Of a stretch of 64,000 nt of DNA, positions 63,486 to 64,000 are shown in pieces. Positions within the stretch are counted from its first letter, which is position 1. Every line of letters starts with the position of its first letter. Origin of the DNA: Octopus bimaculoides. Taxonomy: Eukaryota. The stretch lies in assembly GCF_001194135.2 (NCBI RefSeq), contig NC_068993.1, positions 35,873,880-35,937,879 on the forward strand, read 5' to 3'. Under the pieces are notes generated by a model that made no database searches, was not told where the DNA came from, and worked only from the letters and a program-made list of their open reading frames with translations. The position numbers and the translations under genes were made by a program.

Positions 63486-63844
63486 ATTACATAAGCACCT
63501 AAAATAATTGGCAAAAGTATAGTACACCTTATCAACCCATACTCACTCGTTCGCGAATGACGGCTGGTTATAATTTACATTGGTTTATGAGAAGAGAAGG
63601 AACAAAACTAATAAAAAGAACAAGGAGCGAACGAAGCAAGACGAAAGAAAATTTCCATTTTTAAATCAAAACACACATATACACACAGAAAAACACTCAC
63701 ACACACATGCACATGCACATGCACACACGCACAAGCCTAAATATCCATATTACAAGACGAATAACTTAGAACCGAGATTTCACTTCGAAATGTTTCGAGA
63801 GTAATTTATCTAATCATATTACTAGCCTTAAGGATTATTGTCTT

Positions 63845-64000
<156 letters not shown>

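Overview
AT-rich, repeat-saturated animal genomic DNA from a short-read-type assembly. It has 13 N-gaps (about 4.4 kb in total), and most of them abut microsatellites. The SINE families and microsatellite load point to a coleoid cephalopod, most likely Octopus; this comes from recalled repeat families, not a database search. I found no intact protein-coding gene, rRNA, functional tRNA or CRISPR array, so the window reads as intronic or intergenic. Its content: (1) many tRNA-derived SINE copies from about four families; (2) decayed R4/Dong-type RLE LINE pieces sitting in (TAA)n and (CATA)n tracts; (3) RTE-like scraps; (4) a full-length 1285-bp dead mariner with a non-autonomous Helitron inserted exactly between its right TIR and the TA duplication; (5) a second, deleted mariner; (6) a fold-back/MITE family; (7) two Penelope-like element (PLE) remnants. 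Highlights: the PLE at 61.8-63.5 kb, whose 3' end carries in order a tRNA-like Pol III head, a (TAA/TGA)n tract and a minimal type I hammerhead ribozyme motif; a spacer-less 226-bp palindrome at 26242-26467; and a GC-rich, highly foldable segment between diverged direct repeats at 42.7-43.2 kb. Most ORF-track entries are microsatellite or N-gap artefacts.
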